Source of the DNA: Wolbachia endosymbiont strain TRS of Brugia malayi
GTDB lineage: Bacteria > Pseudomonadota > Alphaproteobacteria > Rickettsiales > Anaplasmataceae
Length of the DNA: 32,000 bases
Assembly (NCBI RefSeq): GCF_000008385.1
Contig: NC_006833.1
Span: forward strand, 1,048,085-1,080,084
Direction of reading: 5' to 3'
The position numbers and the translations under genes are program-made. The notes beneath the pieces are model-generated. The model was given only the letters and a program-made list of their open reading frames with translations. It made no database searches and was not told the origin of the DNA. Position 1 is the first letter of the stretch. The number at the start of each line of letters is the position of its first letter. Positions 30,356 through 32,000 of this stretch are shown one piece after another.

Positions 30356-30779
30356 CCTAGTGATATCTCTTGTAGGAACTTGACATTAATGTCTTATATG
30401 CTTGGTAAGTAGTCAACCTTGGAATTATAAATATCCATAACGTCACGATAAGGGTAATGCAGAAGTTTTTCAAATAATTTCTTTATAAAAAAAGAAGATT
30501 AGTTGATTTTTGAACTAATTCTTAAATAAAGACAAAAAGAACAATGCAATGTGAGTTGTTTACTGTTCTCTCAAAAACTTGGCGCTTATTACATTACTTA
30601 ATAAGCGAGATTCAGCTAACGTAGATAAAAATTTATAAAGACATGGAGTGTCTATATAAGAAAAATTAAACATAACACACCTAGTTTAATAATGTGCTTT
30701 TGTCACTTAAATAAAGATTAAGGATAAATTTTAGGTCTAAAACATCCCCATATAAGGGTTCTTAAGGCCTGTAAAATGG
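30356..30779 (-). repeat. Right arm of the ~424 bp inverted repeat (partner 19728..20151)
   Basis: Reverse complement of 19728..20151, with no indels over the compared segments. Confidence 0.92.
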
Positions 30780-30911
30780 GCTTTCCCAGCTACCTAAATA
30801 TAGCTAGGCAAAGCTATATGGCTTGCAGAAGGGTTCACCTTAAGATCCAAGCCAGAGCATATTACATCTAGAATCTACCCTAACATTATATCCCTTGCAG
30901 GAAATATTGAT

Positions 30912-31748
30912 CTAGCTCTCGTAATCACTCAAGTCCAATATTACCTTGTTGATATAGCGCTCATTTGCGTCTTTTATGACAAACTTCACGCCACTTTTGT
31001 ATTCAATGATTTCATCTACAGAAGGCACTCTACCAGCGATCGAAAGAATTAGGCCACCAAGTGTAGCATAATCTTCTTCAGGATCACGTAATTCTATTTT
31101 CAAATTTTCTTCTATATCCTTTACAGGAGCCCTTGCTGATACTTCATATTTATTTTGGGATAATTTAACAATGACATGTTCAAAAGGCTCGTTTTCACTA
31201 CTAATATTTGGTATTAATTCCTCCATAAGGTCAGTCATTGAAATTAAACCGTCAGTTCCACCATATTCATCCAATACAACAGCTAAGTATGACTTAGAGG
31301 ATCTCATCCTAATAAAAAGACTAGTAGTCTTCATTGATGGTGGAACGAATATCACGTTTTGTATGAGGCTCCTTAGATTAAAATTCTTATTCTCACTAAA
31401 GAGAACGTCCTTTATATAAAAAAAACCTATTACGTTATCAAAATTATTCTTATAGATTAATATTTTGGTGAGGCAAGTACCTTTTACCTTTTTTATTATC
31501 TCATGTCTGCTTGACTCGATGTCTACTGCGCATATTTCCGTACGTGGAGTCATTATGTCAATTATATTGCAATCGTGGAACTTCAGCAGGCCATTAAATA
31601 TACTAAGGTCCGGTAGATCTTTCATCAACGCTTCGGTTGCACACTTCTTTAACATGCGGACCCTTTTGAAAAAAAATAGGAAAGCCCCATATGCTATTTT
31701 TTCTATCAAAGTTCTTTTTTTACTCAGTCTGCTTCCTGTAATAGCCAA
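30912..31748 (-). CDS. tlyC: CBS-domain transporter-associated protein of the CorC/TlyC (HlyC) family
   Basis: DIMTPRTEICAVD, YLAVVLDEYGGTDGLISMTDLMEELIP and the C-terminal CorC_HlyC-like domain (DYATLGGLILSIAGRVPSVDE). Confidence 0.82.
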   Translation of the reverse strand: MAITGSRLSKKRTLIEKIAYGAFLFFFKRVRMLKKCATEALMKDLPDLSIFNGLLKFHDCNIIDIMTPRTEICAVDIESSRHEIIKKVKGTCLTKILIYKNNFDNVIGFFYIKDVLFSENKNFNLRSLIQNVIFVPPSMKTTSLFIRMRSSKSYLAVVLDEYGGTDGLISMTDLMEELIPNISSENEPFEHVIVKLSQNKYEVSARAPVKDIEENLKIELRDPEEDYATLGGLILSIAGRVPSVDEIIEYKSGVKFVIKDANERYINKVILDLSDYES

Positions 31749-32000
31749 AACGTTCTTAGATCAGATTTATCAAGAAAACTGTTGTCAAATGTTTAATAAG
31801 CATGTGAATAATGTCAAACTAATTTGTGAATTACTTGTTGATACCAGATACTAACAATTAATTAACAGTTTCTTCACTGGCATATACACAACTATGCAAT
31901 AGCCTACAATACAAAACCCTTTTCCATAAGAGAAGATTACTAACACTCTAAACATTCTACTTATACACACAAATTACAGTAGAAAATCAATGGCATGCAG

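Noticed and set aside
31465-31854. 129 aa plus-strand ORF at the window end
   Set aside because: Antisense to the tlyC-like gene and low-complexity hydrophobic; not supported.
1-32000. CRISPR array, prophage module or toxin-antitoxin locus
   Set aside because: No regularly spaced short direct repeats, phage structural genes or typical paired small TA ORFs were found.

Overview
This 32 kb window looks like the chromosome of an obligate intracellular alphaproteobacterium, most likely Wolbachia or a close relative. That identification is inferred from gene content, AT richness and repeat style; no database was searched. On the minus strand, a Rickettsiales vir cluster reads virB3-virB4-virB6-1-virB6-2-virB6-3-virB6-4-(215 aa hypothetical), spanning 18078 down to 3104 and tightly packed. 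Divergent from it is a class I lysyl-tRNA synthetase. Further on are an exported C26-type peptidase, tRNA-Phe, coaD, a zinc-finger protein, the core block rpsB-tsf-pyrH-frr-uppS-cdsA (minus strand), tRNA-Asp and a CorC/TlyC-like CBS protein. The window starts inside the 3' end of pyrE and contains rsmD. Intergenic regions are rich in repeats. There are two apparently identical decayed IS66-type elements in direct orientation 26,673 bp apart, a different IS66-type relic abutting the second copy, a ~424 bp inverted repeat flanking ~10.2 kb, and several smaller dispersed or palindromic motifs. The most interesting observation concerns three of the four large VirB6 paralogs. Each has a lipobox followed by a Cys-containing extracytoplasmic region with W/Y-x-D-[ST]-G and GG[YF]-x-x-x-[VF] motifs, reminiscent of LecA/PA-IL-like beta-sandwich domains. 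This is a hypothesis that needs structural prediction. I found no clearly novel multi-gene system and no CRISPR array.
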